A program made the position numbers and the translations under genes. Below the pieces are notes generated by a model, which did not search any database, was not told the origin of the DNA, and worked only from the letters and a program-made list of their open reading frames with translations. DNA of 63,800 nt, filler included, from Octopus bimaculoides (lineage: Eukaryota): the NCBI RefSeq assembly GCF_001194135.2. It is 9 parts of 9 records of this genome, joined end to end, with 100 filler letters (N's around TTAATTAATTAA, not from the genome) between each part and the next. Parts side by side here need not be neighbours in the genome. Positions count along the whole stretch, not along the records: positions 22,490 to 32,508 come from NC_068995.1; positions 32,609 to 40,844 come from NC_068981.1; 7 more parts are not named here. One strand, 5' to 3'. Of the stretch, positions 24,715-35,199 are shown one piece after another (position 1 is the stretch's first letter; every line of letters starts with the position of its first letter).

Positions 24715-24880
24715 CCACGACGGGCTTCTTTCAGTTTCCGTCTATCAAATCCACTCATAAAGCTTTGGTCGGCTCAAGGCAGTAGTAAAAAAGGACTCGC
24801 TCAAGTGTGCCGTGCAGTGGTGAAACTGAACCCAAGACCACATGGTTGTGAAACAAACTTCCTACCCATAAAACCACACC
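24715..24880 (-). mobile_element. SINE family B
   Basis: Reverse complement of the 24128-24292 body (CGACGGGCTTCTTTCAGTTTCCGTCTA...). Confidence 0.8.
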
Positions 24881-25025
24881 TGCACCCCAGTATCGTACTT
24901 AACCGCTGCCCCCGCATCCAAAAAAATTCAACCGCATCACCAGAAGCATGCAAAATAAGCGCTAAGTTTCTAATCTTTTGTTGTTCCATTCAATTCTAAC
25001 TTTGGTCTCTTCCATTTCTTTCTAG

Positions 25026-25245
25026 TTGGTACAACCTCGATGAATATACACCTTGTCAACCTACCTGTGGGGACAGTACCCAGCAACGTCTGGTGGCATG
25101 TGTCGAAGAAGGTACCCAGAGCGACACGAAACAATTCTCAGCAGTGGCCAATAAATTTTGTCTTAACCCCATGCCGAAAATGCTCAAAGTTTGCATCAGT
25201 GCAGCAGAATGTCCAGCCCTGTGGGGCATCGGAAGTTGGGAGAAG
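25026..25245 (+). CDS. ADAMTSL1/3: ADAMTS-like (punctin/MADD-4 type) internal exon: thrombospondin type-1 repeat
   Basis: Acceptor ...TCCATTTCTTTCTAG (AG 25024-25025) and donor AAG|GTATCA (GT 25246-25247). 220 nt = 1 + 73 codons: WYNLDEYTPCQPTCGDSTQQRLVACVEEG...FCLNPMPKMLKVCISAAECPALWGIGSWEK. The phase-0 end joins CSVSC of the next exon, restoring the TSR W..W..CS.SC motif. Confidence 0.9.
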
Positions 25246-25666
25246 GTATCACGCTCTTTGAGTCGTCGTTATCATGTGAGAGATCATATAGATACGCATG
25301 TGTGTGNNNNNNNNNNNNNNNNNNNNNNNNNNNNNNNNNNNNNNNNNNNNNNNNNNNNNNNNNNNNNNNNNNNNNNNNNNNNNNNNNNNNNNNNNNNNNN
25401 NNNNNNNNNNNNNNNNNNNNNNNNNNNNNNNNNNNNNNNNNNNNNNNNNNNNNNNNNNNNNNNNNNNNNNNNNNNNNNNNNNNNNNNNNNNNNNNNNNNN
25501 NNNNNNNNNNNNNNNNNNNNNNNNNNNNNNNNNNNNNNNNNNNNNNNNNNNNNNNNNNNNNNNNNNNNNNNNNNNNNNNNNNNNNNNNNNNNNNNNNNNN
25601 NNNNNNNNNNNNNNNNNNNNNNNNNNNNNNNNNNNNNNNNNNNNNNNNNNNNNNNNNNNNNNNNNN

Positions 25667-25787
25667 AGGCACAAGGCCCAAAATTTTGGGGGAGGGAGCC
25701 AGTCGATTAGATCGACCCCAGTATGCAACTGGTATTTAATTTATCGACCCCGAAAGGATGAAAGGCAAAGTCGACCTCGGCGAAATT
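25667..25787 (-). mobile_element. SINE family A, 5'-truncated
   Basis: GGCACAAGGCCCAAAATTTTGGGG...GAAAGGATGAAAGGCAAAGTCGACCTCGGCG. Confidence 0.85.
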
Positions 25788-25817
25788 TTTCACAGTCATT
25801 TTCACAGGAATTTTCAA

Positions 25818-25891
25818 TGGCCGGATAACTGAAGAGATGCTGGCGTGGGTTCCCACCCTGGCATCCAAAACTCGGAGTTTTATCATGGCTA
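25818..25891 (+). ncRNA. Decayed type I hammerhead ribozyme motif
   Basis: Stem I GATAA/TTATC (25824-28/25880-84); core CTGAAGA (25829-35); stem II GATGC/GCATC with inner GTGGG/CCCAC; stem III CTC/GAG; GTT triplet. The GAAA element reads CAAAA, so the core is broken. Confidence 0.65.
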
Positions 25892-25935
25892 CCGAATAAG
25901 TGTCACATATTTTTACAGATATATATATATATATA

Positions 25936-26345
25936 AACAGCAGTTTGCAATATTTCACCAAAAGGATAATTATAATTGTGACTAGGGTGTTAGGAAACCT
26001 CTACATTGCTAGAAATAAGAGCTAAAGCGCTCTCATGCTGTAATTTACGCACATGAATGAAAACATATACACTAACAGGGACCATAATTGTCCGGAAAAT
26101 GCCGATCGAGGATTCTTAATGCTGACGTCAGTTTCGGCAATTTCCGTTGCCTCATCAGTTAAGCCCACTCGATCGTTCGGCTTTTTCCGGACCCGCTTCG
26201 CTATTAGTATTTATGTCTTCGCTATCCAAATTATTGGATGACTTAGCGATTCGCTAATGGGTATATATAAAATTAATATAAGCAGCGGTTTGTAATGTTT
26301 CACCAAAAAGGAGAATTATAATTATCGCTAATGTGACTAGGGTGT
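25936..26345 (-). mobile_element. ~355-nt hammerhead-containing unit with terminal direct repeat (retrozyme or Penelope pLTR-like)
   Basis: GCAG..TTTG.AAT.TTTCACCAAAA.GGA.AATTATAATT...GTGACTAGGGTGT occurs at about 25938-25990 and 26282-26345. The anchor GTGACTAGGGTGT is at 25978 and 26333. Confidence 0.7.
26090..26192 (-). ncRNA. Type I hammerhead ribozyme (core intact except U16.1C)
   Basis: Minus strand: GTCCGGAAAA-A-GCCGAACGATCGAG-TGGG-CTTAA-CTGATGA-GGCAA-CGGAAA-TTGCC-GAAA-CTGACGTCAG-C-A-TTAAG-AATC-CTCGATCGGC-A-TTTTCCGGAC. All three stems pair, stem I extends to about 25 bp with internal loops, and stem III is a 10-nt palindrome. Confidence 0.9.
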
Positions 26346-26419
26346 CATATTATATTATATTATATTATATTATATTATATTATATCAAATTATGTTATCT
26401 CTGCTTTGTTATTTTTCAG

Positions 26420-27244
26420 TGTTCGGTGTCATGCAATGGAGGTCTTCAAAGGCGCTGGTTGGGTTGTCAAAAGGTTCTGCCAGATGGAAATCTTGTAAAC
26501 GTCAGTGATACTGAGTGTGCTGATATTCCAAGACAACGCTCCATCAGAGTCTGCAATTCTTTTCCTTGCCAAAAACCAAGAATCAAAGAACCGGTAAAGA
26601 AATTCTTCCAGTTAACGCATTCCATGGCAATCAATATCTTTACAGGATCTCATGCCTATGTCTTACCAGCAACCGTATTAACAGTGCGTTGTTTAACAAG
26701 AGGCATCGATCGAAGTTCCATTAGGTGGTTTCGTAATGGCAAACCACTGGTGCCATTTACAGATCTTCGCGTTAAATACTCAAGAAATTCTCTCCACAGA
26801 ATTAAAGTTCAGACGCTTTCAACTCCGAACCAATCAGAAAACTACACGTGTCGTTGTAACACGATCTACAATAATGTCAGTCGAACTTTGGAATCAACCG
26901 TTGTTCTTCATCTGATATCTTTAATTGATATTCTAAGAGAAACAGCTCACAGAGAATCGTATCTGTTGGGTACAATAACGTCACCGTACGCCAATGTTAC
27001 CGACCCGGCCGATAAACGCCCTAGACGAGCATATTACGTAAATAGCCAGTGGTCATCGTGTACAGCGAGCACTTGTAAACGATACGGACGGCAAACGCGA
27101 AATGTATCTTGTGAAATTATCACAACGAATTACTTTGAAGAACTTCCGGTTGGCGTATGTAAACGAGGACGATTGAAAAGACCGGAAGTTAAGAGAAAAT
27201 GTCGAATGGACTGTTTCAAGTGGATTACTTACGAATGGGGCAAA
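26420..27244 (+). CDS. ADAMTSL1/3: ADAMTS-like (punctin/MADD-4 type) internal exon: TSR + Ig-like C2 domain + TSR
   Basis: Acceptor ...TTGTTATTTTTCAG (AG 26418-26419) and donor AAA|GTAAGA (GT 27245-27246). 825 nt = 275 codons, phase 0/0. CSVSCNGGLQRRWLGCQKVLPDG..C; GSHAYVLPATVLTVRC..SIRWFRNG..YTCRC (as in the first Ig of ADAMTSL1, AYLLPKT.V.LRC..ITW.KDG); then SQWSSCTASTC..GRQTRNVSC and WITYEWGK. Confidence 0.93.
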
Positions 27245-27271
27245 GTAAGACATGTTCCACTTATTTCTGTT

Positions 27272-27310
<39 letters not shown>

Positions 27311-27671
27311 CCTGTTTGTTTGTTTGTTTGTCTGTCTATATACCTATCAATCTACCATTTTCATTTAGTACTTCTGTAATTGTCATCGTATATCTGTTAG
27401 GTTATGACTGACCTAGATCTAAACAACTTTGCCTTTCATCCTTTTGAGGTTGATAAAATCAAATTCCTGCCAAATACTGCTTTTTTTTGTGTGTGCCTAA
27501 ATTAGAAACCATTATATTCTTGCCTTCTTCAAGATAGCCTTTGCGCATTTTCCTAAAAAGAAATATCTGCCAATTTTCTTCCATGTTCTGTATATAACAG
27601 AGTCACTCGCTTTTATTTTCTGCAGTTATACAACTTGATATACCAATGTACTGGTGACTATTTATCGTATA

Positions 27672-27970
27672 GCTTACTGGTTAGGATACTCAGCTCTCGA
27701 TCATAAGGTCGTGTGTTCGATTCTCAGCGGCGTGTTATTTCCTTGAGAAAAGCGTTGCTCCAAGTCCACTCAGCTAATAGAAATGAGTTGTACCTGTAAT
27801 TCAAAAGGGCCAGTCTTATCACGTTTCGTGTCACACAGAACATCCCTGAGGACTACGTTAAGGGTACAGGTGTCTGTGGTGTGCTCAGCCACTTGCACGT
27901 TAATTTCACGAGAAGGCTGTTCCGATGACAGGATCAACTGGAACCCGTGTCGTCATAAACGATGAAGTGC
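27672..27970 (+). mobile_element. SINE family C
   Basis: tRNA-like head (GTGTTCGATTC) and a body shared with 13389-13770. Confidence 0.75.
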
Positions 27971-28299
27971 AAGTTTGTTTTGTTTCTTCTTATCGTCAAT
28001 CATATCGTTTTTACCCACATCCAGTCTGTTTAATCTGTTCAATATTGATTGAACATGTCAACATCAGGCAAATAGAAGAGGATGGAGCGTAGAATATTGG
28101 TCTTTTGCTAGAAATTGCATTCGTTTTGAAACTTCCTCTTTGGTTTATCCGAAACAACAATCTTCTATTTACTCATAGTATCTTTGGTGTACTTGTTATT
28201 TCGTGTTAACTTATACGTGGCCAATTTAAGGCTAAAAACACTGTCAAATGTCTAATAATACTAAAGCAATTTCATACTCAGAACCGTTTTTCTTCTCCT

Positions 28300-28470
28300 C
28301 CTAGTCTTTCCAGCATACAAGTCGACCTAGTATATAGTCTAAACACATAATGTAAACAATTAAATATCATCTTGGTCCTCCAAAAGTTGTCTTGGTGTAT
28401 AAGTCGACTTAACCTTTTTAAATGGAAATTTTGATCTGAAGAAGTTCGACTTCTAGGCGGAAAATACGGC
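28300..28470. mobile_element. Probable terminus of a pogo/Tc2-like DNA transposon
   Basis: Repeated (TA)TAAGTCGAC subterminal motifs ending in CGACTT.TAGGCGGAAAATACGG. Family assignment is by recollection of such termini; no partner TIR was found. Confidence 0.4.
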
Positions 28471-28998
28471 AGCTTTATTGATTAGTAACACACCTTCACA
28501 CCCATTTAAAATCTTTGTTGCACCAGTTCCTTCATTTAAGGAGTGAGGTGTCCTTTTATAAGTGAGCATTAATCCTCTGATACCCGATTCCTACTAAGTG
28601 TTTGTATACTTTAGACAAGTAGGTTTGCATTCTTGGCGGTTTGATGTTTCTTCAGTTTTGGAAATTCAAGGAAGTTTTTCTTCGAAGAGCCATTTGTGTC
28701 TCATTCGGTAAATCGTTAAATACTGTTTATGAGTACATTGTGGGTGGCAAGCTACCCGATAGATATTTGAGCTGCAAGTTTGACATTCTATCCTTTGTGT
28801 TTTTTTATTATCATGAGTTATTATTTCTTCGCAGATTCTTATTTCTTTTGTTTTTACCATTTTCATTTGATGCTTCTGAAAATTTCCCTCGTATATCTAT
28901 TAAATTGTGTTTGGCCTGGAGCCGAAACAACAACAACAGCAACAATAACATCACCACCAACAACAATATCCTCATCATCATTATCATTATCCTCATCC

Positions 28999-29040
<42 letters not shown>

Positions 29041-29394
29041 CTGCAATCAAATTCTTGGATATAGAATTATCAAGACCTTTCATTTCCTCAAGCATCCAAT
29101 CTAAATAATCTCTACTTCTCTCCCTGTCGTCACTGGGCTGGTTCCTGTTTGGCTTTTACCAAATTCTTTGTGAACTCCTTTAGAGTTGGAGTCAAACTGT
29201 TATTATTTTTCAAAGACTTGCTGTAGGTTTTCACAGCAGATTCTTGTTTTCGGCACCTCTCTGTCTCCTTCCCTCTCTCTCTCTCTCCCTCCCCCCTCTC
29301 TCTCTATCTATCTATCTATCTCTCCCCCTCTCTTACACACACACATACACTTTATGACAAAAAGAAGTAAGAATATTATATTGGCTTACGTGTA

Positions 29395-29540
29395 AGGTGA
29401 CGAGCTGGCAGAATCATTAGCATGCCGGACGAAATGCTGCCTAGCATTTCGTCCGTCTCTACGTTCTAACTCCAAATTCCACCGTGATCCACTTTGCTTT
29501 TCATCCTTTAGGGAATCCCAGCTGAGCACTGAGATCGATG
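29395..29540 (+). mobile_element. SINE family A
   Basis: GGTGACGAGCTGGCAGAATCATTAGCATGCCGG...CTTTGCTTTTCATCC. Confidence 0.75.
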
Positions 29541-29989
29541 TAATTTTCGAGCCTTGTGAATATGGCAGGAATGATTATGATAGTTTAAGAATGTACGCGC
29601 GCGCGCACGCACGCACACATATATATATATATCTATATATGTATGTTTATGTGTGTGTGTGTGTATGTGTGTGTGTGTGTTTGGTAACTATTTGACTCTA
29701 CATAGTTTAAAAGTTTCGTGGGCGAAACCTCCCACCATATTCATGCTTCCTCAACATGACCACCACCAACAACAACAACAACAAAAACAACCCCAAACCC
29801 CCACATGATGCAGGACTACACATTACAACTATAGACCCTAATCTAAGAAGGGGTCTAAAGATAGCTATCAGCGTGGATCATCCCCCAGACTAACTAATTT
29901 CAAGAAATTAAAAAGAAAAGAAAAAAAAAACACGAAGGATAAAATAAATAAGGAAAAAATAACGCCATCGACACGCATTTATCGTCACG

Positions 29990-30880
29990 TGCTTTCACCA
30001 CCACCAACGCCATCACTACCACCACCACCGACAACACCAACGTTAATCATCACCTCCACCGACATCATCACCATTATCAACGCCATCACTTCCAGAAGCA
30101 GCAGCACCACCGTCGATCACCACCATCACCATATCATCATCACCACCATCATCATCAGTATCGGCCATGATGACGACGACCGGCTCCACCACTTCCACTA
30201 CGAGCCTCATTATCACCACCAACACCACCACCACCACCACCACCAGCAACAGCAACATCATCACAGCGAACATCACTTGAACAACAATGTAGCCGATCCC
30301 ACCACCACCATCACCATCACTACCACCACCACCACCACCACCACCACCACCACTACCACTGGCAACTGTAACATCAATGTCACTGCCCTCACAACTACAA
30401 TGCCTTACCACAACATCAGTCTAACAGTTGACACCCTGAAGCAGTGATTGACATGGAATGCAACAGATAGACAGCTTTTAGTGAAATATTTTATAGAAGA
30501 GTCCTTTGGGGTGGTGAGGGGATGGTGGGGAGGATAGCTGTTGGGGGAGGTTGGCGGTGGCGTCGGTTGTGGTGATGGTGATAGGGGTGGCGGTAGTGGT
30601 GGTGGTGGTGGTGCTTGTGATGGTGTGTCCGAGTGTGTACGTGTGCGTGTGTGTGTATGTGCGTCCATGTGTCTATGTATATCCGTGTGTGTGCATCTGT
30701 GTGTGTACATTTGTGTGTGTATGTGTGGGTTAGTGTGTGGGTGTGTGTATGTGTGTGCGCGTGTAAGTGTGTGTGTATATCTGTGTGTATGTGTTTGCAT
30801 CTGTATGTTTATGTATGTGTGAGTCTGTGTGTGTGCGTGTGAGTGTGTATGAGAGCGTGAGTGTGTGTGCGTATTTTTGG
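29990..30880. repeat. Low-complexity block: CAC/CAT/CAA triplets, then GGT triplets and (GT)n-like DNA
   Basis: Mixed trinucleotide runs; no splice-bounded non-repetitive ORF. Confidence 0.85.
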
Positions 30881-31358
30881 GATGCTATTACAATCAAATG
30901 GCTAACGAGGGTGTTCGCGTGTGTACGGTGTGCGTAATCATGAGATCCCGATTTCGATTCCAGTGCGCAGCTCCGTCAACTTTGGACAAACCCAAATTGT
31001 TATGAATGGATTTGGGTTGAGGAAATCTGAGTCTAACGGGTGAACTGTACACAGATTTCAAAAAGTACAGCCTGGTCATACACACGCTGTTTCGTGCCGA
31101 GTCTACTCCAAGTTTATGTTAAGGGTACAAATATACGTGGAATACTCGGTCACATATAGTATAATGGAACGATTAGATAGGTCAACTGAAGGAGAAACGG
31201 CAATGTTCATCGCCGAAATCGACGGAGGATACTTTTACATTTTAGTGTGTGTGTGTGTGTAAGTATTTTTGTGTGTGAGAGTATGTGTGTGTGTATGTCA
31301 GTGTGCACGTGAGCGCATTTTGCTAATGTGAATGTCTGCTAACAGTTATTTTGTCTTC

Positions 31359-31392
<34 letters not shown>

Positions 31393-31396
<4 letters not shown>

Positions 31397-31956
31397 GCCC
31401 TGATGCAGTACCAGGCAGTGGCTCTCATGGTTTCTGATCTTAATTGATTGGAAATGTTATCATGTACATTGTTTTGTCTTGGTATAAAAGATGGGCTACA
31501 GCAAATATTCTGCTCAGTACCACAGATTTGCTTGTCAGTTGTTTGACCTTAACCAGTTGAGCATGTCCCTTAGTAGCTGACGATATGTGCATCTCTGATC
31601 ACGAGCAGAAGTAGTGGGGGAGCATCATAGCCATGTGTTGAGAGGAATTCTTTGGGGGTGGGGTTGAATAATTCAACCCTGGAAACATGGGTGTTTTGTT
31701 CAACATCCTTAAACAACCCTTATTCAGTGACGTTTTGAGCAGGATGGGCTGCTAGACCTGAAGAAAATTCTAACTGGGCCCCCACCTGCGAGATCATGTG
31801 CTGTTTATCTTGATATGAGATCACCATGTCGCGCACGTATGGTTGTGATGCATGTACCTGGTGTACCCTTATCAGACAAGTAATCATGATGGGTATACTG
31901 GGTTTCGTATATTTTAACCCAGTGTCACTTTGATGGCATGCACTGCTCTCTCACTC
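31393..31956 (+). mobile_element. ~560-bp non-coding element (family E) embedded in (TAA)n
   Basis: Colinear reverse-complement copy at 44481-45038; (AAT)n lies on both sides of both copies. Confidence 0.9.
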
Positions 31957-32089
31957 AATAATAATAGTAATAATAATAATAACAACAACAACAACAACAA
32001 TGATAATAATAAATTCTTTCGCTGCTATATTGTGATCCCAAGGAATACCCATGTCAATTAATAAACACATCTTTTTTGTCTGATCTTTT

Positions 32090-32335
32090 ATAATAATATC
32101 CGGTTTATTAGCTCAGTAAATATAGACTTGCTAATAGAAATTCAAGAAATGTGACATCTCAAGGCAACTACCGTACCAGTAATTGCAGTATCTCTCTAGG
32201 AATGATAAAAAAAAGGGGGGTACTGAAACCTATTTGAAAATGATACCAGGCCTACCATCCCTACAGGAAGTGCAAAAAATCGTGTTAACTGGAACGACTC
32301 ATGCATTGAGAAGAGCATTATCGCTGTGAAAACAA
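32090..32335 (+). mobile_element. R4/Dong-type LINE 3' remnant
   Basis: KYRLLIEIQEM*HLKATTVPVIAVSLG...LPSLQEVQKIVLTGTTHALRRALSL* (frameshifted). Confidence 0.75.
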
Positions 32336-32678
32336 CATCCATTCATGAATTTATTTTAATTTTTTTTTTTTTTCCCATACATATTTTACCTGTAAATTTG
32401 CGTGTGTAAACTGGGAATGCATACAATGAGCTTCTCTGCCTCAGGTGTACAGAAAACACTCGGCGAGAAATGGAAGAAAATTTGAAGAAAGAAAAAAAGA
32501 AAACAACANNNNNNNNNNNNNNNNNNNNNNNNNNNNNNNNNNNNNNNNNNNNTTAATTAATTAANNNNNNNNNNNNNNNNNNNNNNNNNNNNNNNNNNNN
32601 NNNNNNNNCACACACACACACACACACATACACACATACACACACACACACACGCACACGCGCGCACGCACACGCGCG

Positions 32679-32715
<37 letters not shown>

Positions 32716-33534
32716 TCACATATCCATTTCTCGCAAGCAAGCCTGAATTATTAACATGCAACCACGGTCTAGCTAGTTGTTTTTGGAGCCATGTAATCTC
32801 AAGTTGACATTGACATCTCCTGGTATCTTCCTATCTTAAACTAACTGAAGACCTTGCTATATTTTTCAAGAGTCTACTGTATTTCTTTTATGGTCATTGC
32901 AGAGATCATCACAGGCTATTCTGATGACTTGTTACTATAAACTTACTACTTGTAGTGTATACAGGAAAAAGTAACCAACTAATCGCTCTCATACATTTTG
33001 GTTCAAAGACAGCATCTATAAAAGTGTAGTAAAAATAACATGAAATAAAATATAAATAGGTACAGTAATCATTTAATCTCTCTTACTCAATAATTTCACG
33101 TTTAACCTAACATCGTCTGAATTATAGAACCGTTATATCCTTGAATTTGATTTAATCACAGAAAAAACTAGATTTGTCGCCTTCAATGGTTAGTTGATTT
33201 CTATCAATAGATGAGATTTCATTGTCTTTGACGGCGAATGAACAAATAAAGCTAGAATGGAGACAGTCAGTTACAAGAATCAAAGGTAAATGAACGAAAA
33301 AAAAAAGCCATGAAAGGTAAAACAACAACAAAAATAGCCCCCAAAGGTTCTGAAGAACAATGTTTGCTTTTGTTTCTATAAAAATAGGTAGTTTGCTGCA
33401 TTAATTCCACTAGGAGAACCGCTGCGCTCTTTCGACGACCGACTGGTGGGCGGTGATATTTTTAGCACAACGCACGCGCACCGCGCGCACACACACACAC
33501 GTATGTATATATCATACTTAACTTCATTTTAAAG

Positions 33535-33577
<43 letters not shown>

Positions 33578-34504
33578 TATATATACATATATATATACAC
33601 ACACACACATATATATACATATATATATACATACATAGACGCACAAACACACACACGCATATATGAGTGTACGTACATGAATGTGTGTATGGATGTGTAT
33701 ATATGCATACGTTTTCTATTGCTCTCAATATTTGTGTGTGTGTTTGTGTGTGTGTGTGTGGTGTCCAAATCAAGGCAGAAAGCCTGTGTTTAAGGAGATG
33801 ATGAAGTTGCTTTCACAAAGTAGAAAGTTCATGTAATGGCTAGCAAAAGCGGAAGAGATGCGACAAAGTTAATAAAGGTAGATAAAGGAAGTAGTCAAGG
33901 ACATGATCGCAGTGAATGAGAGACGTCCACTATGTTGAAGGAAGGCCCAGTGATATATCATGTGGTATGAGTTACATAGAGAGAGAGGTGACTTTTCTGA
34001 TAGGTAATTGAGAACTAGTAATGTTGTGTGAGTCTAGAATTGTGGTTACATAATACATACATACATACATACATACATACATACATACATACATACATAC
34101 ATGCATGTATGCATGTGAAAACATACACGCTCCCCATCTCCACGCACGAACCCTGAGTTCCATGATAAGTATACATTATGGAAATTGCATCCGTGTTTTA
34201 GAATAGAATCGTTTTTTTTTCATGAGGAATGAGGCTAATTTTTACTGGGAATGAAGTAAAATGCAACCAATTTATCCCCAGAATATAACGAAACTTATTT
34301 CATAGATTGCATGTATATAATTGTTTTGAAAGTTTCTTAACGTGAAAACGTGTGTTGAAACAGATATTGTTATACTTGATGATGGACATGTCTTGCCAAT
34401 TAAACACACGCATTATTTATTTGATTTTCACTTTATTTTAATTTTTTTTTTGTTTATTTGTCTACCAAAATTCTTTCGTCTCAAATTCTGTGAATTTTGA
34501 GAGA

Positions 34505-34780
34505 GAAACAAACTAAACATGTGATACCAATAGTGAGTGGTGCACTTGGAAGTATCAGTACTCAACTGCCAACACGGCTGAAAAAATATCGGTGCAAGTG
34601 TGAAGGTAGAACACCTACAAAAATCAGCATTGCTTGGAACTGCAAGAATTCTTCGCAGGGTTCTTGAAGCATGACCAGCACATAAGTGTCACCTTAGTCT
34701 GCTGGCCATGGACAGCTGACGCTTTCCATCATGCCTAGCAAAATAAGCTTTGAGTTTTCATATAATAATAATAATAATAA
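34505..34780 (+). mobile_element. R4/Dong-type LINE 3' end with 3' UTR and (TAA)n tail
   Basis: VIPIVSGALGSIS...IGASVKVEHLQKSALLGTARILRRVLEA*; the 3' UTR (CACCTTAGTC..CTGG..ATGGACAGCTGAC) resembles 4420-4455. Confidence 0.85.
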
Positions 34781-35199
34781 AGCTAAAGTGAAGAACAAGT
34801 AAATGCTGCATATGTTTAACTGGCAAAAGGCGACCATCCCCAATTATAACAATAGTTCATAGATGTCATCCTTCAATATCTAAGAGAACGAAATTAGATA
34901 CTGTTAGGTAGAATTTCGTCAGCTCATCTTTTCTACCGGCTGATTACCCATTTTAAATGGAAATATAATCTCTTATAGACACACAATGTCACATATTTTT
35001 AAAGGCGTGAAATTGTGTTTTAATTCTAAGTTAAGGTAATGAGAAGAGTAAATGAAATTATTTGGTAGTAAGTGGGAATTGAAACCAAATAATTGAATCA
35101 GCTTGATTGGAACTATTTCTTCTCGTATTAGGATTATTATAACTTTTTTTTTAATTAGGTACAAAACTCTAAAGTGGCAAGAGAGAAAAATGACACAAT

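Noticed and set aside
28640-29250. Further ADAMTSL exon or LINE fragment
   Set aside because: No phase-0 Cys-initiated TSR frame; the weak LINE-like words on the minus strand are too degenerate to call.
29989-30447. His/Thr/Gln-rich 152-aa protein
   Set aside because: Trinucleotide low-complexity DNA, open in several frames on both strands, with no ATG or splice context.
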